Source of the DNA: Camelus dromedarius
Taxonomy: Eukaryota
DNA: 64,000 bases
Assembly: GCF_036321535.1 (NCBI RefSeq)
Contig: NC_087437.1
Span: 35,652,001-35,716,000, forward strand
Reading direction: 5' to 3'
Shown: positions 39,456 through 53,180 of the stretch, piece after piece
How the letters are laid out: every line of letters starts with the position of its first letter
How positions within the stretch are numbered: position 1 is the stretch's first letter
Notes under the pieces: generated by a model
The model's input: the letters and a program-made list of their open reading frames with translations, nothing else
The model's database searches: none
Told to the model about the DNA's origin: nothing
Made by a program: the position numbers and the translations under genes

Positions 39456-40751
39456 CTGGGTTGAGCTGCTACCACGTGTAACGTGTTAGACGGCCCTGTT
39501 TGGGGGGCCCTATGGACCATTTTTGGAGTAGCGCTGGCCTGTGTAACTTGCACCGATTGCTGTGCCGATGGCAGTCTCTGTCCAGGAGCATTAGAGAATG
39601 CGCCTCCCTCGCTAGAGTCCCTGTGCTGTGACCTAGAAAGCCTCTTGACATTTTTTCACAGGTGTCTGTTCTCTATGCTGTTTGGTGTTCTACCTTGACA
39701 AGTAATTTTTCTGAGATTTCATTATTGCATGTTTTAAATCAGCTCTTAAATAGGCTTTGGGTTACCCTAGAGAGGATCTGGCTCCTCACAAGGACACAGA
39801 GTACTGCAGAATAAATACTAAAGCACAGGCTGCTACCATTTACTTGCACTAAGAAATTCAGGGGTTCCATGCCCACAGGGCTTCCACTCCTGGTCTGTTA
39901 TGTTAGTGTAGCACCTGGCTTTATCCCTGCTACACAGTAGGTCCTTAAAGCCATTATTGTCAAATGAGGGGGGAATGACTAAAACCATTTTAAGCATCAT
40001 GATTAAATTGCTTTGATTTTAGTTTTCTTCTACACTGACAGGGCAGATAGAAAAGCCCTTTCCCATCTACTAATACAAATTTTGTGCACATGTGGGGCTA
40101 AGTGCTACTATGTGGTTGATTTGGTGAAGCCGACTATGGCTTGGGGAGCTCCATCTGCTAGGGAGTACGTTGACGGCAGATGCTCAGGAACAAATTATGC
40201 TTAACAGCGTGTTAAAAATGCTTTTCTCTATTAGCCGAGCCTTGTCAAAGAATTTGGAGGAGAACATTTTTCACGTTTAAGAATGCATTGTACTCTCCTT
40301 CTACGTTTCTTTTGAACTTTCTGCAAAGGCATTATGAGCATTATCTTGTTTTTCCTTACAACACCGTTCAGTAGTGTGTGACCAAGTAGTGTTATCCTCA
40401 TTGGACAGGTGCGTAGAAGTTAATTGAGTTTCTTCAGGTCATAGAGAAACAGGCAGAGCCAGCAATAAAAGAAACACTTAGCTTGCTTTTTTAGAGTGTA
40501 AGCATAGTGACCACCATGGAACTTCTCACCCTGTCCTTCCACCATCAACCAGAAAATCTCCTCTGCCGTTATATCACCAGCAGGAAATGAAGCTTCTTCA
40601 AAGATGTTTGCATGGTTTACAGTAGCTCCAATTTAGGGTCAAAAAACATCCCCCGACTTGTGATTTCATAAAACAGTAAAGAAATTTTTTTTCAGTGAAA
40701 AAGAGATTCAGGTTATCTCCAAACCACAGAGGAGTTGTTTTAAAGTTTCTT

Positions 40752-40840
40752 TGTATGTATGTATGTACACGACTGGGACATTGTGCTGTACACCAGAAAT
40801 TGACACATTGTAACTGAGTATACTTCAATTTAAAACAAAA
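40752..40840 (+). mobile_element. Very short young L1 3' end, same family as 17304-17517
   Basis: gactgggacattgtgctgtacaccagaaattgacacattgtaactga is nearly identical to the copy at ~17434-17480. Confidence 0.85.
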
Positions 40841-40933
40841 GTCTAAGATTTTTGTTTAAAATTTTGGATGTAATCTTTTAGGCACCTAGGCTCACACACC
40901 AGACCCCATTTGCTTTATTTTGTGCCCTGAATA

Positions 40934-41400
40934 TTGCTAGGAGGCAGTCTGCTGTGGGCTTCTTATGCTTCTCCAAGTCTTATTAAGGATGCCGAAACCC
41001 TAGCCACTTCCCTGGATTGTATTTGCAGCTGCAATTTTGAAAAGTGAGTTAATGCCTCCCGGGAATTCATCACATAGTCCAACATAGCGCTCGGTCTCTC
41101 TCTGGACAAAGAACATGCCTGGTTACTACTTGCTCTAAAAGTGGCGGATTTTTTTTAAACTCAGAGCTCCTTAGCAGGAGTGCAACTCTCTGCTTGCATA
41201 GACATCCATTTCCACCCATCATGTCACCCCGTGGTCTTCAGGACAAGGAGGAGCAGCAGAAATATGCTGAGATGTCTGCTACTTTTTTTTTTTTTTTTTT
41301 TTGTGATTGATAAAGTCCTCTGTTTCTAGTCCAGGAGTCTCCTGTCCTCTGTCAGCAACCATGGGTCTATGACAGGGTAATTTATGAGCCTGTGTTTAAT
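40934..41400 (+). mobile_element. LTR40-like ERVL LTR
   Basis: ggacaaagaacatg...cttgctctaaaagtggcggatt, aaatatgctga, ataaagtcctctgtttctagtccaggagtctcctgtcctctgtcagca. Confidence 0.75.
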
Positions 41401-42013
41401 CCAGTGGAAATTCTACTACTACTAGCTCTCCTCCACATCATAAAACATGTTTAAGTATGGCAAAATCCCTAAACTATGCTTAGTTTTTTCCCAGTGGGCT
41501 TTCCCCAAACTTACGTTATTTCATGGGAAAGTTTTTATTTCAGCCACATCAAGGTGCTCAGTGACTTAAATGAGGCTTTAGAAGGATAAAATCAACATGA
41601 AATGAGAATATGGAAAGTACAGGAGATCTGGCTTAGCTACCAGAGAGACGAATTGTCTTCATCCTGTGACATTATCATTCGGTGTCCTGTAGCAGTAATA
41701 TCAGGGTTTCTGTGTCTTAGGCAACTGTCCCAAATGCAAATGTCTCCTACTGTCCATAGCAGCTGAAGATGAACGTGTAAACGTGGAGCTGGGCTTAGGT
41801 GAGGGGGAGCAGACTAATAAGGGCATTTGCAACAGGGAGACACAATTGTAACATATCGATCTTCTGATGTCATTGTTGTGAGCATTCTGAGAGTAAGAGC
41901 TATATGGTATTTATCCCTGTTCCTCTGTGACACTAGTTGTAGTAACTTCAGCTTAAAGGTGTTTATTGAATGGTTGTCAAATAAATGAAATCAAAGGCCT
42001 GATTGGAAGAGGC

Positions 42014-42015
<2 letters not shown>

Positions 42016-42058
<43 letters not shown>
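42016..42058. repeat. (TG)21 microsatellite
   Basis: Directly visible. Confidence 0.95.
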
Positions 42059-42059
<1 letters not shown>

Positions 42060-42061
<2 letters not shown>

Positions 42062-42225
42062 GTTTGAAGTCAATCTCCCTGGGTTCAAATCTCGACTCTG
42101 CTACTTTTTAACTGCACTCTTGGTCAATTTCTTTAAACTCTGCCTCAGTGTCCTTATCTGTAAAGATGAAATAATAATACCTACCTCACAGAGTTGTGAA
42201 ACTTAATGCTCAGTAAATAATAGCT
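42060..42225 (+). mobile_element. MIR SINE
   Basis: cctgggttcaaatctcgactctgctact...ctgcctcagtgtccttatctgtaaa...aataatacctacctcacagagttgt. Confidence 0.85.
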
Positions 42226-45200
42226 GTCAGTTAGTACTGGCACAGAAGCATTAGAACTCCGTAGAACTCCATTTCTTACATATTAAAGAAAAAAGAGAAC
42301 TATCTATCCTTGCTGAAGTGTTGTAAATTGCTTCTAGTAATATTGGCCCAAATTTAGATTTACATTGTAGTAACCATATTTTAGGACCTGTATCTAAATT
42401 CATCATAGACTACAAAAGTCACCTTGTGTTTTATTATTTTAAACATGGATACACATTCTCTTATAGATAGGTGAAATTTAAATATTAAGCTATAGTTTTA
42501 TCTTTCATAGTTATCACCCATTCTTTGGCAGCTTGAAAGTCTTCTCACTCCTTTATGTAAACGATTCCCCTGCATTCACCATCCTGCCCAACAGTATAAC
42601 TCATTCTGAGTCAAAATCAACACAGGCTGTCAGTTTGGTATTTGCAACATCTGGTTGCTTCCATATTTATCATTTGTGGAGATGAAGGTGGTGCATTTCA
42701 TTTGCAAAATATGTCATTGGGCCCTGCCAATCCTGAACACTGTTCTCCTTCTTGAAGAAGGTGTTTCCAAACTCTTATTTTACTGGAATGGTGAAGTCTC
42801 AAGAAAATTTTACCCCACGGTGGATAATGTCTCCTTACCCATCATGTAGTTGTTTCACTTTAAAGCACTCTTTAAAAAAGCATAATATCTTGCCGTAATA
42901 TCTACAATCAACACAGATAATGTTGCATTACCCAAATTGCGGGATATCCATTATGCCCTAGATGTGAAGTAGACGAGCAGTAAATCCACACAGCTGCTGC
43001 TAACTGCTCTTTTAGACTTCCCCGTAGTTAAGTAATGAATCTTTATCGACTTCCTGAATAATTTACTCCTAAATGCATTAAACTGAATGTAAAAGGAAGT
43101 TTCTCAAAATGAAGACAAACCAGTTTCTGGGAGTTGCTGATCATCTGGAAACTTTCATAATGTTCCTCTTCGTCTTCTTTTAAAAATGAGCATGATTCAG
43201 TTTTTCTCCTTTGGTCTGAGCTTTAAGTGATGTGGTCATGTTAACTTTAAGAACATTTAACATAAAAACAACGATGAATCTATAGTTACTGGTATGAGTA
43301 TAAAATCCAATTGAATATAAATAGGAGAGTAGAAGTTTCTGTTATTAGAATAAAAATGAGTTGATCATACACATTTTTCTTAGTTAAATATTTATTTTAA
43401 TCTGGTGTTTTTGAAAGATCATTATTGTAAAAAAACAAAAAAGAGGAAAAAACCCAACACAATCTGGTGGAATTATTCAAAATAATGAAGTAGTCACCTT
43501 GGACGATGGGCAGGCCCTAGGCTAAATTTGTAATATCCAAGCTCATCTCTGCAGCTGTTCCCAATGTCATGTCTCCATTTTCAACAGCTTTTTGTTCTGC
43601 TGTTTTCTAATTATAATGTTCACGTTACTCGAAACTCAGAGTTGGAAAGGCCTTGAAAGTTTGCTGGTGATATTTCTTCATTCACTGATTAAGAAAATAA
43701 GACCAAATCAATTCAAATGACATACACACCCTAGACCAGTTGGCTAGTTAATGGCAGAGCATAAAACTGAAACTAGGTTTTCTAAATCCTAATCCAGTTC
43801 CTTAAAAAAAAAATGACTGCTTTATAGGAATATCAAGTGAAATCCTTTCTAGAGAATCCTGGCAGAGTTCTTACCTTGGTGCCCACATCAAGCGTTCTCT
43901 GATGAATCTAATACCCATTCCCTTGAGCTCCCCTTTCCCCAATGTCATCCTCAAGGAGATGAATAATAACATTTAATGGACAATAAGTAAGTGTGTTATG
44001 ACTCACACAATTTATATTTATATTTTGATTTCTGGAGAGACAGATATTTAATGAAGAAGGATGTGTCTCCATTGTCATTTCAGGTGATTTGATAATCCAC
44101 AAAGAATAATTTTGAGAAGGCTAGCTATTCAGTAACTATCAATTCATAACTTTCAGGAAGATAACTGAGGCTACCGAGGTAATAAATGAAGTTATGTGTT
44201 CATCCAGCTTTACAAGAAAGGGTTACAGCTATATTGCAATAAACAGGAGATGATTGTTTACACAGTGGAACTAAAACTGTTCAGTTCACCATCTTTAATC
44301 ACAGGACTCTTTACTCTTCAGTGAAGATTGATTTATTTTTTAGACAAAAGATCTTTATGAGGATTTCTGAGAATCAAATACTGAGTTTTAGAAGACCTGA
44401 GTTAAAAAAACAACATAGCAGTATAATAAAATCCTACTTCTGGTTTTAACAGAGAATAGAAATCATCACCCATCGTTGCCTAGACTCTCATCTATTTCAA
44501 CTTTATTTCTATACCACTATTTGAATCATCGAAAAGTGATATTGCACAATACCTCTATTATGTCACTTACCAAACTCTTTTGCAATTGTCTGATTCCTTG
44601 ACTATTTTCTAAGCTACTGTGAGCTTTGTGAAGACTGGCACAAGGTTGATTAACTGTTTAACTCTAGTGTCTAGGACAACACTCTGCACAGAGTAGAAGC
44701 TGGTGAAAATTTTTCATTTAATAAAGTATCTATAATAATTATTTTAGTAAATATGAAAAAAATACATCTTATAAAATACCTTATCAGTACAGCTTTCCTT
44801 CCTTTTTTAGTGTTCTGATTTTATATTGGCTCCTGATTGGCTTCCTTTATGACATACATTTTGAAAATAGTGTTCCTACTTAAATTGGAAAATATCCCTA
44901 TTCCCTATTTAGAATAATTTAGTGATTCACTTGTTTTCAGTTTATTGTTTCCAAAAATAGACATGTCAATTTATCACATAAAGTGAAAACAATTATTCTG
45001 ATTTAGTAAACAGAGCAGAATATAATTTTGTGTTCTTAAGAATAAGACAGACAAAATTAATAAAAGGGCTTTCAATACTTCCAGTTCTTTGACCTTTGAA
45101 ATCATAGCAATAAGATGCCCTTTTCCCACCCAAAGCCCTCCTTATATCAGGGCAAAGAGGGCACATTCAAACAGGACTCGGTGGTATCTGTAGATATCTA

Positions 45201-45649
45201 TTGATAGACCATAGCTGTTCAGTTGTTGTATGATAAAATGTGGGAATAATAACCTGTCTTTTGAAAAAAGGCATAGAGGAAGGAGATTATATTAAAAGGG
45301 AAATTTATGTTCTTAAAATAATTCAGTTGACACAATTCTAACATGCAGATAGACACACACATTCTGGTCATGTAGCTAACCATTGGCTCAGCTGGTAACC
45401 AGAGGCAAAATTTAATCTTGACCTTAGCAAACTTCATTTGTTTGTAAGGGGGTGGGGGAGGTATAATATAATGATCGAGTTTAATTACAATAAAACTTTT
45501 GTTAAAAGGAAACCGCTAACAATGTGCTTAGTCCGAATTTGCTTGTTTAAAAGAAAAATGGAAGGTTTTGAGGGAAAGTCATCAACATTAATAGGCAATT
45601 TTCAATCCCTAATTTGAAACCTCTATTTGAATTTATCAAACAATAAGAA

Positions 45650-45830
45650 ATAGTAGAGAGTATTAGAGAGATGAATGGGCTGGGAGTCGGGAAACTTAAT
45701 TCTAGATATGTGTCTGCTACTAATTAAGTGCATGGCCTTGAGCAAGTGACTTAATTTTTTGGTCCTTCCCAAGTCCTGCTGATGATTTTTTTCTGGTAAA
45801 TATTTCCCAGGCCTGTAGGATTTCTGTTAT
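45650..45830 (+). mobile_element. MIR SINE
   Basis: gggctgggagtcgggaaact...tctgctactaatt...tggccttgagcaagtgacttaa. Confidence 0.65.
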
Positions 45831-45879
45831 CCATATTATTATAGATGGGTAACTGCTGCCACTAGCTTCAGTCCATTTT

Positions 45880-46545
45880 TTCTCTCCATAAACTCTGCCC
45901 TTGTTTCTAGTGCTGTTTTTCACGCCTCTGCCAGGATGATTTTTATATAGAGCAAGTCTCACTGGGTGATTTAAATCCTTTAAAGGCCTGCCATTAGCTA
46001 TGGGGTCCATGGAAGCCTCTTCACCAAGGCCCACAAGTTCCTCAGTGACCTGGCCCCTGCCCCTCATAACACCCCAGACTGTCCTTCCCCATATGCAGCC
46101 AGTTATCAGTTCACACGGAATCACTGAAATTACTTGCCATTCCTTTTACCCTTGTCACTTGTGGTTTCTTTTCATTATCATGCCGCTCCATCTTTTCCTT
46201 GGCTAAATTGTTTTTGATCCTTGAAGACTCAATCTAAAAGCTACTTTGTCCATAAAGTCTCCCCGACCCCTTCGGGAAAATCATAATACAGGTAGGCTGA
46301 GTCTGATCCTACATCTCTGTTCCCATAGTTTTCTGTGTAAACTGTTCCTGTAGACAGTCATTGTACTTTTATTCATTGTTATTAGACCCTTAATATTGTT
46401 TAATCATGTCTCCCTTAATAGACTGGGAGATTTTTGAATGTGGGTTATTTGCCTGCTTTTTTTTTTTTTCATTCTCTTGGAATAATACAGTATGGGAGAA
46501 TACGTAGGTGTAAACTTATAAGTTACTGTAATGAATGAATGGAAT
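45880..46545 (+). mobile_element. L2 LINE remnant
   Basis: tgccaggatgattttt...ttaaatcctttaaaggcctgccatt...gacctggcccctgcc...tccttgaagactcaatctaaa, ending in aatgaatgaatgg. Confidence 0.65.
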
Positions 46546-47484
46546 CTGTTGTCCATTTTGGTAACATGGGGGTGTTGTGAGAAGATGAACTCATGTGGTC
46601 TGTGATTGTATATCCTAAAGTCTTTAAATAACCTAAAATTTTGTGAATGGATTTGCATGTATACTTACATCCTCGGGAAATCTCCCATAGTTTCACCAAC
46701 TTCCCAAAGACTGCATCCAGTTCTAATGGTGCGTGAGTTTAAATTCACTAGACCAACAGTAAAATACAACAATAAGATGCCCTCCAATGCAGACCATGCC
46801 TATCCAGTAGTAAGGAGGCCATTCAAGTCACCCCTGGCTCCTTAAAATTCTCCTATAGAAGCTTTTCCTTGCCACCTCGTGAGCCCAGGGAGCTAACAGG
46901 AACAGTGCTATACTTCACACTCTTTTTGAGACTTTGAAGACTGGTATAATCAGATTTATGCCCAGCGGAGTTCAGCCGATAAATGGACTGAGAATTTTCA
47001 GCATGAGAATCTGAGCAGTTAGAATTTGTCTTATGTTGGTCAGTTTGCTTAAAAGCATCTAACTCTGTGTCTCTAATTTCCTACTTGTCCTCAGACAGTT
47101 CATGGAGTTCAACCAACATCCTCAACTGGCTTTTAGCATTTAAGAAACTAGTTTTCAGTTTATGACTACTCTGAGCTACATACTAGTACTAGTCTGCTTG
47201 GAAACATCACTGGTTTCTGTTTGTTAAAAGACAATTTTCGTTCTCTGATTCTGAATTGAATATTTCCTTTCATTGTCTTGTTTTAAATAATGGAATTTAT
47301 ATTAACACATGCATCAATTTATGTAGTTCATAAATATGTGCTTAAAAAGTCTACTTGTACAAACAAAAAATGGAGAGTTCAGAGTTTTGAGCACAAACCA
47401 CTCATTCTCCTTGCTTGGAGCTTTCAGTTAACCTTTTTCAGCCCAAAAAAACCCAGAAAATCAGAAAATCTAATCTATATTTTA

Positions 47485-47830
47485 TTAAGAAATTGAATTC
47501 ATCATAAGAAGCTTGCCACAAAGATAACTTTATGAGTAGATGATTTCACTTATCAATTAGATTCATTTAAGGAAAAAGAAATAACTCTTGCGTAAACTCT
47601 TTCAAAAACGAAGAAGGGCAAGTTTTCTAATTCATCTTATGAGGTCAGCATAACCCTGATATTAAGAGCTTACAAAGACGTATAAGAAAATGAAATGACA
47701 GACCAATATACTTGTGAACATAGACACAAAACCGGTAACAAAATGTAAGCAAATGGAACTCAACAATATGTAATAATGCAATGTGACCAAGTGGAATTTA
47801 TCCCAGGAATGTACATAAAATGCATAAATG
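47485..47830 (+). mobile_element. L1 ORF2 (RT start) fragment
   Basis: aattcatcttatgaggtcagcataaccctgata...agaccaatatacttgtgaacatagacacaaaa...tgaccaagtggaatttatcccaggaatg. Confidence 0.85.
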
Positions 47831-48254
47831 CATTTGATAAATTTTCTTTGAATTTTTAAATTCAATGGACATACTTTATTATATTGGTTTCTAGCATCTC
47901 TTAAGAACCAGTCTCAGGAGTATGTAAAATCTCCTCTACTATTTTTGTTAAAAAAAAAAAGTCTACTTATAGATGCAATTAAAAATCTCTTTTAGATCTC
48001 ATTTTTTCCTAATACAGTCAAATAAGTTATACATGTATTACGTGCTTGTGTCATGATCCTGTTTTATTTGAATTTCTTTGGTCTTATGCAGTTTAATCAC
48101 ATGTGAATGTAAACTCAGTTTTGGAATATGAATTAAAATGTACTAATAATCTTTGTGTGAAAACACAATTTATCACTCAATGGCAGTCATAGAATTTTTT
48201 TTGGAAAGTGGCTTGAAATATTTGCTTGTTGGAAACTATAAAATGATAGAAAAA

Positions 48255-48985
48255 GTGCTGGTATCTGCTCCAGATTCCTTGGCATCGAGATCCTGAAACC
48301 CTTGTTGTTTCCTGAGCACTAGAAGCATCTTTTGTTCTAGTATTTGGTCTTTGACTCTCCTTCCCAACAGGGCTCCAAACCCTGTCATTTTCTGAATGAT
48401 AGGTGTTCTTTAGTTTTAATAAGGCAGCTCTGTGCTGGCTCCTGGATGGCTCCTTGGTCGGGGCTGGTCACCTGAAAGACTAAGCCAAGATTAGAAGCTT
48501 GGAATATTCAGGATTTCCCTGTACTCCCAGCCCCCCACCCCCACTCCAGAGAGAGGAGACAGTCAGTCTGGAAATAGAGTTAATTGGTCTTCCTCTGTGA
48601 ACTTCCAAAAGATCCCGGTAGTAGGGGTTTAGGGAGCTTCCACGTCAGTAAACACACCCAGGTTCCAGGAGGGTGGTACACCCCAACTCCATGGGGACAG
48701 AAGCTCCCTTGCTCAGGAACCTCCCAGACCTCACCATTTGTATCCCTTCACCTGGCTGTCCATTTGTATCCTTTATTATATCCTTTAATAAACTGGTAAA
48801 CTTAAGTAAGTTCTGTTCTAGCAAATAACTGAATCCAAGGGGGGAGGAAGTCCTGGGAATCTCTGATTTACAGCCAAGTTGGACAGAGTTGTGAGTAACC
48901 TGAGGATCTACTACTTACAGTTTGCACCTGAAGTAGGAGGCAATCTTTTGGGGGCTGAACCCTTAACCTGTGGGATCTTTTGGGG
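48255..48985 (+). mobile_element. MER21-like LTR
   Basis: ggggctggtcacc.gaaagactaagcca.gattagaagcttggaa, ggagggtggtacaccccaactccatggggacagaagctcc, tatcctttaataaactggtaaac, ggctgaacccttaacctgtgggatct. Confidence 0.85.
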
Positions 48986-49449
48986 GTAAGGTTGTGTGTA
49001 TTAAGAAATAGTTTGAGAAACATTGCTATAGGTTATTGATAACTTTTGACTGCTATCAAGTTTTACACGTAGAAATACCTAGTAGTCTTTAAGTAAATTA
49101 AAACTCTCAGGTAGGAGTTAAAATTATACCTTCATAAGTTCAACCCTTTACTGAATTAACTTAATTTTTATCTTTCTACTTAATATAAGAGTAACTTTTT
49201 TTCCCTCCGATGATAATTTCAGATGTTGAAAAAAATTGTTTCTAGCAATATCTGAAGGCATCCTGGAAAACTAGAATTTATGTTAAAATTCTATATTATA
49301 TATTATATGGAGGCATTATAATCTCTATTATCTACTCCAGGGTTTTTCCTGATAAAGGTAATAAACAGAAATATTATATCAATTTTTCCCAAGTCCCCAT
49401 AGCATCTTTGCTAACCCTATGATGAACTTTAGGATTATTTTAATTATTT

Positions 49450-49640
49450 GTTTATTCAACAAATATTTGTTACTGTCTACTATATGTCAGATTCTATTCT
49501 AGTTATTAGAATATGAAAATTAACAAAATATTAAAAATTCTAGACTTTATAGAATTTATATTCTAGCAGAAAGAGGTTAATAAACAAATTAAAAATATTG
49601 TATATATAGTTATGTATAGTATGTATATATACATAGTATA

Positions 49641-49681
<41 letters not shown>

Positions 49682-50360
49682 GCACACACACACACACATA
49701 TGATAAGTTCTATGGAGAAAAGTAGAAATAAAGCACAAAAGGGGAGTATTAAAGGAAGGAGAGATTGTGTAATTTTAAATAAAGTGGTCTGGTAATGCCT
49801 CACATCACAGACATTCGAGCAAAGATGCTAAGGAGGTGAGAGTGAGCTATGCAGATACTTGTGGGAAGAGGATTCCAGGCAGTGAAAATGGCAGGTGTGA
49901 AGAGTTGGGAGGTAGCTCAGCATTCATGTTGCAGAGCAGTCTGGGAGGTGGTTGTGCTTGAGCACGTGAGCAAGAGCCAGAGCCTTCGAGTGGAGCCTGG
50001 GAAGCAGTGAGAGATGGCTCACAGGCTATTGAGATAAGCCTGCGAGGCCACCATGAGGACTTTAGCTTTTGTTCTGAGTGGTGTGAGAAGGTATTCAAGG
50101 GTATTGAACAGAGGAGTGATATGTTCTAACTCCTGTTTTAAAAGGCTCACTGATTTCTGTACTGGAAATTAAGAATAAAATGGGACCAGAGCAGAAAGAG
50201 GGGGACCGGTTATTAGGCTATGGCCATAATCCAGGCAGAAGATGTGGTTGCTGTGGGCCGGGGTGGCAACAGGGGAGGTAGGGGTGAGCCAAGATGCAGT
50301 TCTAAATCCGTTTTGAAGGAAGCCTGTAGGATTTTCTGATGACTTGTGTGGGGGGTTTGA
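49450..50360 (-). mobile_element. L2 LINE 3' region containing a (TA)16 plus CA-rich microsatellite (49645-49698)
   Basis: ttattcaacaaatatttgttactgtctactatatgtcag; gaggattccaggcag; gaggactttagcttttgttctgagt; gaacagaggagtgatatg; ataatccaggcag. Confidence 0.85.
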
Positions 50361-51389
50361 GACAAAGCCAAACTCTACCTCCCTCCTTTCTGTTAAATTT
50401 TACAAAACATGTGTGTAAAAACTGTTTGTAAATAAAATTATAAACATATAGAGCAATTTCCTTATAAACCTACAATGTGGAAAGTCTTGGCATGGGAACT
50501 ACTAATCAGACAGTCTGAATGAGAGGTGAGCCTGATAAAATTAGGAAGAAAAAATATGTTAAAAAATGAAATGTTATTTATAGATAACTACCCTCACACA
50601 CACATCTATACATACACACACATACACACTCAGAGTTCTGTGAAGGCACAAAAATACCAACTGGCAGAAAAAGTGAAAAAAATTTTTTATTTTTAATTTA
50701 ATGTTCTTATTATAGCACAGAGGTATATAAATATTTAATATATTGTGCTGTATCCTAGTAGATTCAGAACTTTAGTATTGTTTTTTATATCCTACTATTT
50801 TATATTCAGATACATTTTGAATTATTAAATCAGGAAGACTTTAAGCACTCCAACTTACAGTTTAAAACCAAGAGTCATATGCCATTAAGATAAGTTAAAG
50901 ACCGTTATGTCTGCTGTGGTTGTAAAGCATGTACAGCATCTGTTAAAATTCAAACTCCTACACTTTTGCTACAGTATTCCCATGCAAATATAATTTAAAA
51001 CCTCTTTGGAGTTTTAGGTAACTTTAATCTAAGTGCAGAAATATTTTGCTTTTTAAAAAGATGAATCAAACAGTTGGAGAGCTGTGTCTGTGTTATGTGT
51101 GTGTATTTACCTTTATATATTTCTTAAGTAATGTATACGTCCTCATCAGTTTAAAACCCCTTACATTAAAAGATATAAACACAATAAAATTAAAACATGA
51201 GTAAATTTTAGTGAAATTCAGCACAAAATTTAATTCCCGATTTTCTGACAGCCCAAGTGAAAAGAAAAGCACTGTTGGTTATGTCTGTTTCATTAGCTAA
51301 TAGAAGAAGAAGATAAAAATTAGAACAATTTAGGGTCCATAGGCATTTTGGTAGGTCTGAACTTAGAAGAGGATGCATTGTATTAGGGA

Positions 51390-51525
51390 TTTTTATTTTT
51401 TTATTACATGTGGTTGATTTACAATGATATGTTAGTTTCTGGTGTACAGCATGGTGATTCAGTTATACATACATATATATATTCTTTTTCATTATAGGTT
51501 ATTACAAAGTTATTGAATATAGTTT
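51390..51525 (-). mobile_element. Artiodactyl-type L1 3' end fragment
   Basis: gttgatttacaatgatatgttagtttctggtgtacagcatggtgattcagttatacata...ttgaatatagtt after a T-rich tail. Confidence 0.8.
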
Positions 51526-51974
51526 TTTTGTACTAACTTAAACTTAAGTTTTAAGTAACCTTATTTGCTTGTTGTGAATTGTGTTTTTAATAGAAAGAAA
51601 CTACGTAGAAAAATTGGATTCAGTTGAACTTAACACATTTTTCTTGATATCTATTTTCACAATAGATAAAGAGTTAAGATAAAGAAAAAATATATACAAG
51701 ACCTTGCCCTCAAAGCCAGTAGTTTTGTTAGATGTTCAAGTGGAAGGAGGGAAATGAGAGTGTTCTGTAGGCCACAACTCAAACAAACGCCTTAGTCTTT
51801 ATCCTTTTATGAAGGTAACGATTTCTTGTAAAGAGTTTTATGTTAAATAAGAGACATGTTGGGAATTGAATTTTTAAGATAATCTCACTCTGGCAATGTG
51901 TGGAGGATGGTTTAGACAAAAACTGAAATTGAAATCAGGAAAGCGAGTTAAAAAATCTATTCCAAAGTCTAGGC

Positions 51975-52737
51975 CAATATTACTCAAAATGTGGACCACA
52001 GTTGCCTACATTGAAATCATCTGCTGCTAAGAAGGCAGTGAGATATCTGGCTCCTGGCCGGAAACCTAAGTGTGATTTTTCAGGCCTGAGCCTGGGCAAT
52101 TACAAAGAACTGAACTGGCAGGCCTCTAAGGGGAAGCTGCCCTCCCCAGCCAAGTCTTTGTGCACAGTGAGTGCTTTATAGCAAGGACCAAGGCTGCCCG
52201 CAGACCAGGCTCTTCCATGTAGCTGCATTCCTAGTCTGGAAGCTTCCATTTGGAGGCCTCTTTAGGTAGGATCTTCAGCAAAGGACTTCCTCAGATGCCT
52301 CTGCTAAAACCTCCCTGTCAGGGAAAGAGGAGTCCTTGAAGACCCATTTCTCCACTCTGATTCACTACTCAGTACTTTTCAACTCCTAGGCCATAAATTG
52401 GCACAGGTCCCAGGTCCATGCTGATCCTCTCGTCCCTCAACTGGTGCCCTTCCATGGGACAATATGGAACAGGAGGGGAGTTGGCACTTTCTCTTGTTTA
52501 GCTTTTGCTTGTACCGTCCCAGTGAGTCATTAAAGACTTGACTGTTCCTTTCATCTTGTCTTGTCTTAATCAGCTAACTCTGCATTTGGCAGCTCACCTC
52601 TCTCTAAACTCAACTCAACTCTTGACAGGCAGCTCTCCCCCAATATCCTGGTTTAGGATGTGTGGTTGCGGGCCTGGGAGTCTGCGTACTTAGCAAGCTC
52701 CTCAGGTAACTCTTCTGTATACTTTAGTAAAACACTG
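51975..52737. mobile_element. MER5-type element split by an LTR insertion (halves ~51975-52038 and 52628-52737)
   Basis: tactcaaaatgtggaccac...aaatcatctg on the left; gggcctgggagtctgcgtacttagcaagctcctcaggtaactc...aacactg on the right. Confidence 0.65.
52039..52627 (+). mobile_element. ERVL-class solo LTR, 589 bp, TG...CA with a perfect 5-bp TSD
   Basis: ggcag (52034-52038), TGAGATA...CTTGACA, ggcag (52628-52632); attaaa poly(A) signal near 52529. Confidence 0.8.
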
Positions 52738-52739
52738 GT

Positions 52740-53180
52740 CAATTGAGTAGATGAAAGGGGCCTGAACTCGGCCAATGGTGATGAGTATGGAGGAAAGTTC
52801 TCAGTTAGGAGGCAGAATGAGAATTAGAGACATTAAAATTATAGAAGGAAAATGAGTGAGAAAATAAACTTACGCCACCAAAAGTGGATATATAGGAGAA
52901 GGGTCGGTATGACCACATTGAGCTTTGAGATACGTGTAGGATGTTCTGAGATAAAGTTTCATCTTGGATGAGTGGATATATGAACTTAGATCTAGGAAAA
53001 GTCTAGATGTGAAATAATAATTTGGACTTAGCAATATGTGTGGAGGAGAGGGGAGATTAAAGCCATGACGGTAAATTAGAAAACCAAGGAGATAGTGTGG
53101 ACTGGAAAGAGATGAAGGTAGATGATGGAACCCTAAAAGCCATTTGATCAGCAGACAGAAGAAGGGTCCAGTGGAGATGG
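52740..53180 (-). mobile_element. L2 remnant, continuing L2-like sequence at ~51620-51970
   Basis: agatgaaagggggcctgaact-like segment, tggatatatgaacttagatctagg...tctagatg, atggaaccctaaaagccattt. Confidence 0.6.
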
